In this document: positions 55,577 to 64,000 of the stretch, piece by piece
Layout: every line of letters starts with the position of its first letter
How positions within the stretch are numbered: the stretch's first letter is position 1
DNA from: an uncultured Pseudomonadota bacterium
GTDB lineage: Bacteria; Babelota; Babeliae; Babelales; RVW-14
Direction: 5' to 3'
DNA length: 64,000 nucleotides
Assembly: GCA_964568625.1 (NCBI GenBank)
Contig: CAZMQG010000001.1
Location: forward strand, 19,393 to 83,392
Notes under the pieces: model-generated
Database searches by the model: none
What the model saw: the letters and a program-made list of their open reading frames with translations, nothing else
What the model was told of the DNA's origin: nothing
Made by a program: the position numbers and the translations under genes

Positions 55577-57406
55577 ATGAGTTTTAAGCAAAGGCTTGAT
55601 ATTCGAAATATTGCCATCATTGCTCACGTAGACCATGGCAAAACAACACTGGTTGACCAAATGTTAAAACAATCAGGCACAGTATCAAATATTAATATAC
55701 AAGAAAATGAACGCGTAATGGACTCCGGTGAACTCGAAAGAGAACGCGGAATCACCATTCTTGCAAAAAATACCTCAATTAGACTTCCAGAAGGTCAAAT
55801 TAATATAGTCGATACACCAGGTCACATGGATTTTGGTGGTGAAGTTGAAAGAACTCTTCAAATGGTTGAGGGTTTTTTACTTCTTGTAGACGCAGCCGAA
55901 GGACCACTCCCTGGTACACGTTTCGTTTTGCAAAAAGCCTTACAACTCAATTTGAAACCAATTGTTTTAATCAATAAAATTGACAGAAAAGATGCTGATA
56001 TTGCACAAACAGAAAGATTGGTCCACGATCTATTTTTAGATCTCGCAACAAGCGAAGATCAGCTTGATTTTCCAATGCTTTATGGTTCATCCAGACAAGG
56101 ATTTGCAAGTCTTGATCCCAACACTCCTCACGAAGGAACTCTTGAACCGCTATTTCAAGCAATAATGAAACACATTCCGGTACCAACACAAAAGACAGAC
56201 GATCTTGCCATTCTCATTACAAACATAGACCATTCTGAATATCTTGGAAGAATTGCAATTGGTCGTGTATTCAGCGGAACAATCCATATTTCAAAACAAT
56301 TAATTGCTTGTAAAGATGATTATGTTGGACAACCAACAAAGGTTCTCAAAATTTATCAATTTCAAGGCGTCAAAAGAGTTGAAGTCGAATCAGCTCAGTT
56401 TGGCGACATTATAGCATTAGCAGGAGTTGAGGAAGAGATAACTATCGGTACAACTTTATGTGATGTTGGCAAGCCACTTCCTCATTCATACGTTGCTGTT
56501 GATGAACCAACCCTTTCCATTAACTTTTCAGTCAATGACTCCCCATTTGGAGGCAAAGAGGGCACATATCTAACCTCACGTCACATTCGAGACAGATTAT
56601 ATAAAGAATTAAAAACAAATTTAGCACTTCGAGTAGAAGAAACCGAATCCGCCGATACTTATAAAGTTTCCGGACGAGGACAACTCCATCTTTCAATTCT
56701 TGTTGAGCAAATGCGCCGCGAAGGATTTGAATTACAACTTTCTGCACCAGAAGTTATATATAAAATAGTTGATGGCAAAAAGTGCGAACCTTTTGAATAT
56801 TTAATTATCGACGTTAGTGACGAATACCAAGGCATTATAATGGAAACACTTGGAAAACGTAGAGCACTTTTGAAAAATATGATTCATCACGGAGCCAACA
56901 AAATTCGACTTGAATTCAAAGTCCCTGCTCGCGGATTAATTGGGTTCAGAAGTCAATTTTTAACTGATACACGTGGCACAGGAATGCTCAGCCACAATTT
57001 CTTGGGTTATGAAGAATACGCCGGACCAATTCCCGGACGTACAAAAGGGGCAATGATTTCCATGGAATCCGGAACCATTACAGGATATGCACTTGATACG
57101 CTACAAGAACGTGGAGTATTGATCACAAAACCAACTGATGAAGTTTATGAGGGCATGATTGTTGGAGAACACAGCCGAGAAAATGACTTGGATGTTAACC
57201 CAACTAAACGCAAAAAACTCACAAACATGAGAGCATCAGGTAGCGATGATGCAATAAAACTTGCACCACCACGTACCATGACAATTGAAACAGCTCTTGA
57301 CTGGATTAACGACGATGAATTAATCGAAGTTACACCAAAATCAATTCGTTTACGTAAAAAATATCTCAAATCAACTGATCGCAAACGAAAAGAAAGAGCA
57401 GACTAA
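55577..57406 (+). CDS. typA: translational GTPase TypA/BipA
   Basis: Start trimmed to MSFKQRLDIRNIAIIAHVDHGKTTLVD (AAGAGG SD). Also DSGELERERGITI, NIVDTPGHMDFGGEVER, NKIDR. C-terminal BipA-specific domain. Confidence 0.9.
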   Translation: MSFKQRLDIRNIAIIAHVDHGKTTLVDQMLKQSGTVSNINIQENERVMDSGELERERGITILAKNTSIRLPEGQINIVDTPGHMDFGGEVERTLQMVEGFLLLVDAAEGPLPGTRFVLQKALQLNLKPIVLINKIDRKDADIAQTERLVHDLFLDLATSEDQLDFPMLYGSSRQGFASLDPNTPHEGTLEPLFQAIMKHIPVPTQKTDDLAILITNIDHSEYLGRIAIGRVFSGTIHISKQLIACKDDYVGQPTKVLKIYQFQGVKRVEVESAQFGDIIALAGVEEEITIGTTLCDVGKPLPHSYVAVDEPTLSINFSVNDSPFGGKEGTYLTSRHIRDRLYKELKTNLALRVEETESADTYKVSGRGQLHLSILVEQMRREGFELQLSAPEVIYKIVDGKKCEPFEYLIIDVSDEYQGIIMETLGKRRALLKNMIHHGANKIRLEFKVPARGLIGFRSQFLTDTRGTGMLSHNFLGYEEYAGPIPGRTKGAMISMESGTITGYALDTLQERGVLITKPTDEVYEGMIVGEHSRENDLDVNPTKRKKLTNMRASGSDDAIKLAPPRTMTIETALDWINDDELIEVTPKSIRLRKKYLKSTDRKRKERAD

Positions 57407-57441
57407 AATTTAAAATTAACTTAGTCTTAAATTGGAATTTT

Positions 57442-57480
57442 AAAAGCCGCTTGTAATAAAACAAGCGGCTTTTTCGTTTT
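57442..57480 (+). terminator. rho-independent terminator after typA
   Basis: AAAAGCCGCTTGT (57442-57454) pairs with ACAAGCGGCTTTT (57461-57473), 13 bp perfect, followed by TCGTTTT. Confidence 0.8.
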
Positions 57481-57613
57481 CATAAAAAATAAAATCTGAA
57501 TAAAAATGATTTAATGTGTTTTCTAAAACCATAAAATCATTTAAAATTATCAAATGCACATCCGTCGTTAGACCAAAAAGTTTATTATTCACAAAATCAA
57601 TAAAAGGAGATTT

Positions 57614-60600
57614 ATGAGAAAAAACTTGATTGCGATAAGTATCCTGATGTTTTTAACTCAAATACTAATCGCAAAAAATGGTAGCATCGAACATAATCTA
57701 GTTCGCTCAATCTCAACAGAATCACTAGGAGTTGATGTAAACACATCAGCATATTCCGGTCCAGACCAATTTTATATTGTAACTAATGCAAATGAAGACA
57801 AATCACTTTCTCGCATTGCAATGGCAAGGGGAGACGACGGAAATTGGACTGCAGTATTTATGCCTATGGCCCCAGCCACCGGCGATGTAACCATTAACTT
57901 GCAAAATGAGCAAGACAGTCCATTAAATGCAAAAGACATTACTAAACTTGTAATTGGATCAGATACATTTGCATATAAACGCCCCGTCGTTGGCCTAGTT
58001 GAAGGTGAAGACCCTGATCAAAAAGTACTTTTATTTCAAGTAACTGATACAAACGAAGGCAAGATTATTTTAAAAACATCAAGCATGGATAACTTAACTG
58101 AATATGCTTTAAAAGATACCAGCACATATAACGCCAAAGGACTTCACGCACTTGCTGCAACACAAAATTTAGAAAAAATTTTAGGAACTCCTCTGATCTT
58201 TGCACTTGTTTCTGACAGTGCAAATTTAAACGAAGCAACGCCTGAAAATATTGGTATTGTTCCTGTAATAGTTAAAGCATCTTATTCCGGGCTAAACCCA
58301 CTTGATGCAACAAATTTTGATAAATCCGGACAAAATAATAAAGCAATATCCATAATAAGTGCGCTAAAAATAACAACCAATCCAACGTTTTTGGAAAATT
58401 CCACCGTAGATATGTTTTGGGATGACACGCTACAAAGATTATTCATCGCTACATCAAAAATACAAACAGGCGCAGGAAACAGTGATGGAGCCATAGCTCT
58501 TCTGGTTGGAAATATTAAAAGCGAAACTACAAAAAAAGGAACAATCCAAAGCTTACAAATACAAAAATGCGCTAATATTTTAGATGCAAATTGGCCGTCG
58601 GGAAACGCCAACAAAAATTGGATTGTCGGGTATAAAAACGATACAACAACAACAGATACAAAAGAGCAAATTATAAATCTTCACAAAGTGCGCACAATGC
58701 ATACAAGCACAGGCAAAGATTACGTTATCCTAAATGGAGAGGTTGCGAAGGGAACAGACAGTACTCTTACCAGCAGCACAGTATGCGAAGTGTATGCGCT
58801 ACCGGTGATGCCTAGCACCAGCACAGACGCCGGAAAATTGGCAACAGTAAATGATGATGGAACGTTTGCCGTAATAACCCAGGGAAGTGAGCTACTCAGA
58901 AATACAGATACTCAAGCCGTAGTTGGCGTAAATCCTCAATATATTGTTCACACTAATACTGATGCTGCATTTGATAACGCCAAAATAATGGATATGCAAA
59001 TTTCAGGTGATACCGTCTACATTTCAGTAACCGGATCAAGAAGTAATGCCGGCGAAGATACTGCAGGCGAAGCCGGAATATTCGCATCAACTGCTATTTT
59101 TAATGAGAAAAGAGTAATTCGTGCTTGGACTCCATGGCAAAGAGTTATGGGATATACGGATAAAGTTTTTGGACTTGGTTTTGATATAGGTTCAAATAAT
59201 TTTTGGTACATTGGACCTGATCAACAAACAGGTAAAATAACAATTTGGAGCTCAGGAGATACAAGTGAAACTGGAATTCACGAAGGCAGCCCACTCTGCA
59301 CCGCTCTAAGTAGTTTTTTTAAGAAAGATGAGCTTGGTGTTGTAAATCTATTCAATTTTGACGATGAAACTCCCGGTTTTAAAACATGGAAACCTGAATC
59401 TTCATATCCGGCTTTTTCAATGATGGTTGCACTCGGGCTTGGAAAAGTTGCTTTAATTGAAACAGGAAAAAGATCAAACACAACTAATAATAAATCACCG
59501 TTTGAACCAACAAAAAAATTTGAAGCCAATCTTGTAGGAAACTCAACATCCCCCGCAACAGAAACAACCAACGTTTTTGTTTTTAATGATACGGTAACTC
59601 AAGCATTAGGATTTATAACATCAGCTGAAGTTGCTCGCATTAAAACCTCACTGCTTAATGCTACAAAACTAAAACAAAATACATATACCGAAGGTGGTTG
59701 GTTATTTATTGGAGGACAAAATGGAGTTGCAGTCCTACGCAAAAGTAATGGCGCAGGATGGAACACCACATCAGGACTTAATAAATTAAGCAACACTGAT
59801 TTTCCCGGCAAGGGATACTCTTTTCTAAAGCTAACACCTCCATCTGAATATAGCTTTTCAAACATTCGCAAACTAATCTCTGATGGAAAGTATCTTTATA
59901 TTTTGACCCGATCGGATTTATACAGGCTAGAAATGAACGCCAATGATTTTACAGACTATGTAACAATAAATTCCACGCGAATAAAGCTACTTGCAAGCAT
60001 AAATAACACATTTCAAAATGACAGTAACACCCAAGTCATGAACAAATATATTGATGAATTATTTGATATCGTTTTAGTTGACAATACTGACAATGCAAAA
60101 AAACTTGCTATCGCAACGACTCAAGGCGTTTGGGTATCAAACACAATAGAAGACGAATTTGCAGTAGACGATATTAAATGGAACAAAAACATCAGTAGAA
60201 CAGGCAGAGAAGAAATATATCTCGGCCCATCATTAAAATTTGATTTTTTACCGGTCAAACGAGGCGGCACAACCACAGATTCTAACGGGATAAACACTAT
60301 CGACGGCAACCTGTACGTAACTGCAATTGATTATAAATTTGCAGAGTTGGTCGTTTGTCGGTTTAATGTGCAAAACGGAGCAGTGACAATGTTCGACGAG
60401 CCTTATATTGCTGGAGGGGTTTATGGATACTCGGTTCCATACTTCTATAGATTAGCAGATTTAGGCGAAATATTTAGGGGAACCCAATTCGGACCGCTCG
60501 ATCACGTTGGACGAAAAGGTCAACTCTCTGAAAGTATAGGCGTAACTCCCGATCCAAGTAGTTTTTTACCTACAACAGAAGATGATCTAACATATTATAA

Positions 60601-60718
60601 AGCCATTGATCTTGACATGGATCCTCAAGCGGCTTTACATCTTTTTTCAATTATACAAAATACAGCATCCGGAGCTCTTTATATCCCCGGAGAATTTAAC
60701 GTTTTTGTAAATGAATAA
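57614..60718 (+). CDS. 1034-aa secreted orphan protein, paralog 1 of a tandem pair (beta-rich, propeller-like motifs)
   Basis: AAGGAG SD. Signal peptide MRKNLIAISILMFLTQILIA. Shares collinear motif blocks with the next gene (VRTMHTSTG, AWTPWQRVMG..KVFG, FSMMVA.G..K.ALI.T, NVFVF, GWLF.GG.NGVAVL.K..G.GW, FPG.GYSF.KLTP, SFSN.RKL, C-terminal PG(E/D)(F/W)...VNE). Confidence 0.8.
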   Translation: MRKNLIAISILMFLTQILIAKNGSIEHNLVRSISTESLGVDVNTSAYSGPDQFYIVTNANEDKSLSRIAMARGDDGNWTAVFMPMAPATGDVTINLQNEQDSPLNAKDITKLVIGSDTFAYKRPVVGLVEGEDPDQKVLLFQVTDTNEGKIILKTSSMDNLTEYALKDTSTYNAKGLHALAATQNLEKILGTPLIFALVSDSANLNEATPENIGIVPVIVKASYSGLNPLDATNFDKSGQNNKAISIISALKITTNPTFLENSTVDMFWDDTLQRLFIATSKIQTGAGNSDGAIALLVGNIKSETTKKGTIQSLQIQKCANILDANWPSGNANKNWIVGYKNDTTTTDTKEQIINLHKVRTMHTSTGKDYVILNGEVAKGTDSTLTSSTVCEVYALPVMPSTSTDAGKLATVNDDGTFAVITQGSELLRNTDTQAVVGVNPQYIVHTNTDAAFDNAKIMDMQISGDTVYISVTGSRSNAGEDTAGEAGIFASTAIFNEKRVIRAWTPWQRVMGYTDKVFGLGFDIGSNNFWYIGPDQQTGKITIWSSGDTSETGIHEGSPLCTALSSFFKKDELGVVNLFNFDDETPGFKTWKPESSYPAFSMMVALGLGKVALIETGKRSNTTNNKSPFEPTKKFEANLVGNSTSPATETTNVFVFNDTVTQALGFITSAEVARIKTSLLNATKLKQNTYTEGGWLFIGGQNGVAVLRKSNGAGWNTTSGLNKLSNTDFPGKGYSFLKLTPPSEYSFSNIRKLISDGKYLYILTRSDLYRLEMNANDFTDYVTINSTRIKLLASINNTFQNDSNTQVMNKYIDELFDIVLVDNTDNAKKLAIATTQGVWVSNTIEDEFAVDDIKWNKNISRTGREEIYLGPSLKFDFLPVKRGGTTTDSNGINTIDGNLYVTAIDYKFAELVVCRFNVQNGAVTMFDEPYIAGGVYGYSVPYFYRLADLGEIFRGTQFGPLDHVGRKGQLSESIGVTPDPSSFLPTTEDDLTYYKAIDLDMDPQAALHLFSIIQNTASGALYIPGEFNVFVNE

Positions 60719-60740
60719 ACAAACAATAAAAAGGAAACTC

Positions 60741-63700
60741 ATGAAAAATAAGAAATCGCCATTTTATTTGCCAATATTTTTAACAACAATTGCATGCTGG
60801 AATGCACAACTTTTTTCGTCTGTAGAAAATTTCGTACCTAACAGTGCAGTGGTACAAACATCACCAAGTAGACTGACATTTGAAAAAACCGTTTTTGACA
60901 ATTCAAATCTTAATTTTTTCTTAGGCGCAGCAAAGGATGCAACATATACCGCCACTACGGCAAAGGCATATGCCGTTACACGTGCACACGAGACATCAAT
61001 TTTTGGAATTACTCCGGAAAAAATTTGGGCTCCTAAAGAAGATGGTAGTGGATCCGAAGAAGTTGAAAACAAACTTTATGGAGCAAGGATCTTAAATCTC
61101 GGTTTATTCAATAATAGCTATCCAATTGTATCTTATCGACAAGACTCTGGCTATCTAGATGATTCTAATATTCTTTATTTAATAAGCTCATACCTTGATG
61201 GGAAAACAAATATAGCTACTGAAGCGGCATTACAAGATTCAACACCTGGCGATACAAAACAAATTAAGGCGTTAACAGGATCTAACACTTATGTTTTTGC
61301 CGCAGTATCTGCATCAGGAAAAGACTGGAACGATCCATCCGATGACGGAGATGCACGAGGAATAGCCGTTGTAAAACCTACCTTAAATGTAAAAATTCCA
61401 ACAATAAAGCAACTCGCCGCCGAAGATTTAAGCAATAGTGAACCTACGGAAACAAAGGCAAAAAAGGTAGATGTAAAAGTAACAGCTAATCCTATAGTTG
61501 TTAGCTTTACTGAGGCCGCAGCTCCAAGCGCTATTACAAAAGCTTATATCGGTTCTGATGTTGACATGTACTGGGACAGTGAACTAGGAAGACTCTTCGT
61601 TGGATTATCTGAAGTACACCGTAATGATCAAAACAAAGAAGGCGGTTGTTTTAGCATTTTGGTAGGAAGAATCGAAAAAGAGAACATCGGTACGTCATCT
61701 GAAAAAGATCATACTTTAACTTTCTCTTCAATTGTATCTTCACCAACAAAAGCCAAGCTTTATAACGACACTACGTACAAAAATTCAAATAAATTTATGG
61801 TTGGATTTTATTACGATACTACAGGAACAGATGATGTAACAATTACAGCAAAAAAAGTACGTGTAATGCATACAAGCACCGGATTTTCTTATTTGATTGC
61901 AAATTGCAATCTATCCGGCGATAGTGAATATAATAAAGTTTTTGCTCTTCCAATTTTGGGAAACAAAAGACCTGATGGCACAACAATTACCGATAGAGGA
62001 ATAATTGGAACTTTATCTAAAATAGATGACTCTACTCATCTTCCAACATTTGATGCCATTCCAACAGAAGCAAAGTATATGCCACAGTTTGACAAAGATA
62101 ATCCAACTAACCCAAGCAAAACAACTATCGGCCTTGTCGTTGGACAAGCAGAAAAAGACACTGGACGATTAAAAGACCTATTTGTATCCGGTGATTCTGT
62201 TTTTATTTGTTTAAGTGATGATGGTTCTACTCAAAACTCCGGAATATTCGAAAGTACTGCTCTGTTCAACTCTGACGGAATTATTATTGCATGGACACCT
62301 TGGCAAAGGGTCATGGGGGATGTACAAAAAGTTTTTGGCGGCGGTGTAGATGTATTCAATAATTTTTGCTTCCTTACCTCACAAGACACCGCAAAAACAG
62401 ATGCAAATACCATAAGAACATCGATATGGGGAACCACGGAAACAGCTAACAAATCCGAAACAATAGATAAAGAGAATGACAAACCTGTTTGGACCAACGA
62501 CACAAGCAGAAACTTATCGGCTCTTCTTTCAAGCATTTTTCCACAAGAACAGTGTGGCGTACTGCAAACCATAAATTTTGATGAATATACTCCAGGGTTT
62601 AAACAACAGAAGTTTTCGATGATGGTTGCAGTTGGATATGATAAAATTGCACTAATTCAGACGCTCGATCCAATAACACAAAATCCAATAAAAACATTTA
62701 CAACTGATGGAGCAACCCCAAATGTTTTTGTATTTCAAAATGATCCGGTACTCAAAGAAATCGCGCCACTTTGCTTTGCAGAAGTTGCAAAAAATACTGA
62801 TGCCGATTCCGGCTGGCTTTTTGTCGGAGGATACAACGGCGTCGCTGTTTTATGCAAGGCAGATGGATCCGGGTGGGATTCAAGTGGGGACGGACTTATA
62901 AATCTTGATACAGCAGCTTTTCCAGGAAACGGATATTCTTTCAAAAAATTAACTCCAAGCACCCCAAATGCCGTTAGCTTTAGCAATGTTAGAAAGCTTG
63001 CAAGCATGGCAAGCTCTGATGCAAAAAAATTATTTATACAGACAAAAGATAACCTGTACTCAATAGTTCCATCAGCCGCAGAATTCAAAACGGCAACAGT
63101 AACTGCAACACCAATGCTTACAGATCTTCCAGAAACTTTAAAATTCACAGATTTTTTAATAATTCCAAATGCTGACCCAGCGGATGATGGTACACTTCCT
63201 ACTTCAAATAATTTTAAGTTTATTTTTGGCTCGACGTATGGATTATTAACAGGCATATACAACTCAGCTACCGCAAAGGTAACCTTGAGTGGGCAAGGCA
63301 GCGCAACAAGTGATCCTGTTTTACACCTCAACTACATATCAAAAACAAAAGGGCTCAACAGCGTAACAGGAAATTTGTACGCCTTATCGGCAAACTATCT
63401 GACAAACTCCGGTAAAATTTACAGATATTATGTTAATGGAGCAGAGAGTTCTGCTGCTAATGCATGCAAGCCAATTTCTGTCGATGCAAACCCATTCATC
63501 GATCTTCACAATTTCCGCGGTAATTTTATAACAGACGGAGCGTTTGGGTTTAGCATGATAGCAAAAGGCCCTTCAAATAATTTCTTGACTGATCTTTATG
63601 AAATCGCACAAACTCAAACAGAACACGGATCGATTGATGAGTTACTTGAATTGAATGACACAAACTGGTATATAGGAGTAATAACTCGTAACACAGCCTC

Positions 63701-63749
63701 CGGATCGTGGTTAATCCCAGGAGATTGGGGTATAAAAGTTAACGAGTAA
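60741..63749 (+). CDS. 1002-aa secreted orphan protein, paralog 2 of the tandem pair
   Basis: Start trimmed to ATG 60741 (AAGGA SD): MKNKKSPFYLPIFLTTIACWNAQLFS. Motif blocks as listed for 57614..60718. Confidence 0.8.
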   Translation: MKNKKSPFYLPIFLTTIACWNAQLFSSVENFVPNSAVVQTSPSRLTFEKTVFDNSNLNFFLGAAKDATYTATTAKAYAVTRAHETSIFGITPEKIWAPKEDGSGSEEVENKLYGARILNLGLFNNSYPIVSYRQDSGYLDDSNILYLISSYLDGKTNIATEAALQDSTPGDTKQIKALTGSNTYVFAAVSASGKDWNDPSDDGDARGIAVVKPTLNVKIPTIKQLAAEDLSNSEPTETKAKKVDVKVTANPIVVSFTEAAAPSAITKAYIGSDVDMYWDSELGRLFVGLSEVHRNDQNKEGGCFSILVGRIEKENIGTSSEKDHTLTFSSIVSSPTKAKLYNDTTYKNSNKFMVGFYYDTTGTDDVTITAKKVRVMHTSTGFSYLIANCNLSGDSEYNKVFALPILGNKRPDGTTITDRGIIGTLSKIDDSTHLPTFDAIPTEAKYMPQFDKDNPTNPSKTTIGLVVGQAEKDTGRLKDLFVSGDSVFICLSDDGSTQNSGIFESTALFNSDGIIIAWTPWQRVMGDVQKVFGGGVDVFNNFCFLTSQDTAKTDANTIRTSIWGTTETANKSETIDKENDKPVWTNDTSRNLSALLSSIFPQEQCGVLQTINFDEYTPGFKQQKFSMMVAVGYDKIALIQTLDPITQNPIKTFTTDGATPNVFVFQNDPVLKEIAPLCFAEVAKNTDADSGWLFVGGYNGVAVLCKADGSGWDSSGDGLINLDTAAFPGNGYSFKKLTPSTPNAVSFSNVRKLASMASSDAKKLFIQTKDNLYSIVPSAAEFKTATVTATPMLTDLPETLKFTDFLIIPNADPADDGTLPTSNNFKFIFGSTYGLLTGIYNSATAKVTLSGQGSATSDPVLHLNYISKTKGLNSVTGNLYALSANYLTNSGKIYRYYVNGAESSAANACKPISVDANPFIDLHNFRGNFITDGAFGFSMIAKGPSNNFLTDLYEIAQTQTEHGSIDELLELNDTNWYIGVITRNTASGSWLIPGDWGIKVNE

Positions 63750-63790
63750 TAACATTTTCAAAAATAAAAAATCCAATTGAAGGGAAATAA

Positions 63791-64000
63791 ATGAAATTAA
63801 AAAAAATACTGCAAGGCATACTGGCTTCATACATGATAAGCTCTTCAGTTCTTTGCGTTTTTGCACCATCAAACACTTTTCCACCGTATGACCCAAACGT
63901 AAGACTCCCAAAATGTCCAAACATGCGCATTCACTTGGGCGCAACCGCAGAGTATGGACAAAGTAACAGCGCACGTGATTGTGGCGGCGACAAACATAAT
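63791..64000 (+). CDS. signal-peptide protein, N-terminal 70 codons (runs off the right edge); possibly an OMP related to 4353..5810
   Basis: Not in the ORF track. GAAGGGA SD, then ATG 63791: MKLKKILQGILASYMISSSVLCVFAPSNTFPPYDPNVRLPKCPNMRIHLGATAEYGQSNSARDCGGDKHN. The stretch L-G-A-T-A-E-YG-Q-S-N-S-A-R-D loosely parallels L-S-I-R-YG-H-G-S-T-H-K-A-W-D of the OMP at 4353..5810. Confidence 0.5.
   Translation, partial: MKLKKILQGILASYMISSSVLCVFAPSNTFPPYDPNVRLPKCPNMRIHLGATAEYGQSNSARDCGGDKHN

Noticed and set aside
57503-57543. 9-bp inverted repeat AAATGATTT ... AAATCATTT upstream of the first giant paralog, considered as an operator
   Set aside because: It is pure A/T sequence in very AT-rich intergenic DNA with a 21-nt spacer. 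Chance occurrence is plausible and there is no second copy or adjacent regulator gene.

Overview
This is a gene-dense, visibly AT-rich bacterial chromosomal segment with about 50 CDS. It uses standard stop codons and strong AGGAG/GGGAG Shine-Dalgarno sites. I recognised no rRNA, tRNA, CRISPR array, transposase or integrase.

Housekeeping backbone: argS (partial, left edge), rlmN, a P-type cation ATPase, the lower mevalonate pathway genes (PMK, MVD), truA-cdsA, and a long envelope/replication/transcription operon (DciA-like, TPR, murG, PmtA-like methyltransferase, lgt, dnaG, rpoD, GT4). Also present are rarA, an NhaC-type antiporter, murJ, a LolD-like ABC ATPase, lon, an OPT-like transporter, rpsF-rpsR and typA.

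Interleaved accessory genes suggest a host-dependent, intracellular lifestyle:
- a TLC-type nucleotide (ATP/ADP) translocase
- an ankyrin gene followed by a eukaryote-type USP deubiquitinase-like gene
- an F-box plus ankyrin protein
- a beta-propeller protein
- many signal-peptide-bearing orphan proteins

Most notable unexplained structures:
1. Two tandem, diverged paralogous ~1000-aa secreted proteins followed by an OMP-like gene (57.6-64 kb). This echoes an OMP plus 1256-aa secreted protein pair at 0.5-5.8 kb; the 1256-aa protein carries a clan-CD-protease-like His/Cys motif.
2. A 1244-aa surface-type protein built from a Q-rich tract plus two families of long tandem repeats (3 x ~100 aa, 5 x ~117 aa).
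3. The ANK-USP pair.
4. A LexA/CI-like repressor whose S24 catalytic Ser and Lys appear substituted.
5. A P-loop kinase gene interrupted by a single in-frame TAG.
6. RpoD with a ~130-aa histone-H1-like Lys/Ala-rich N-terminal extension.

Taxonomic guess (inference only): a Dependentiae (TM6)-like or similar amoeba/protist-associated bacterium. All functional calls come from motif recognition by eye; no database search was possible.
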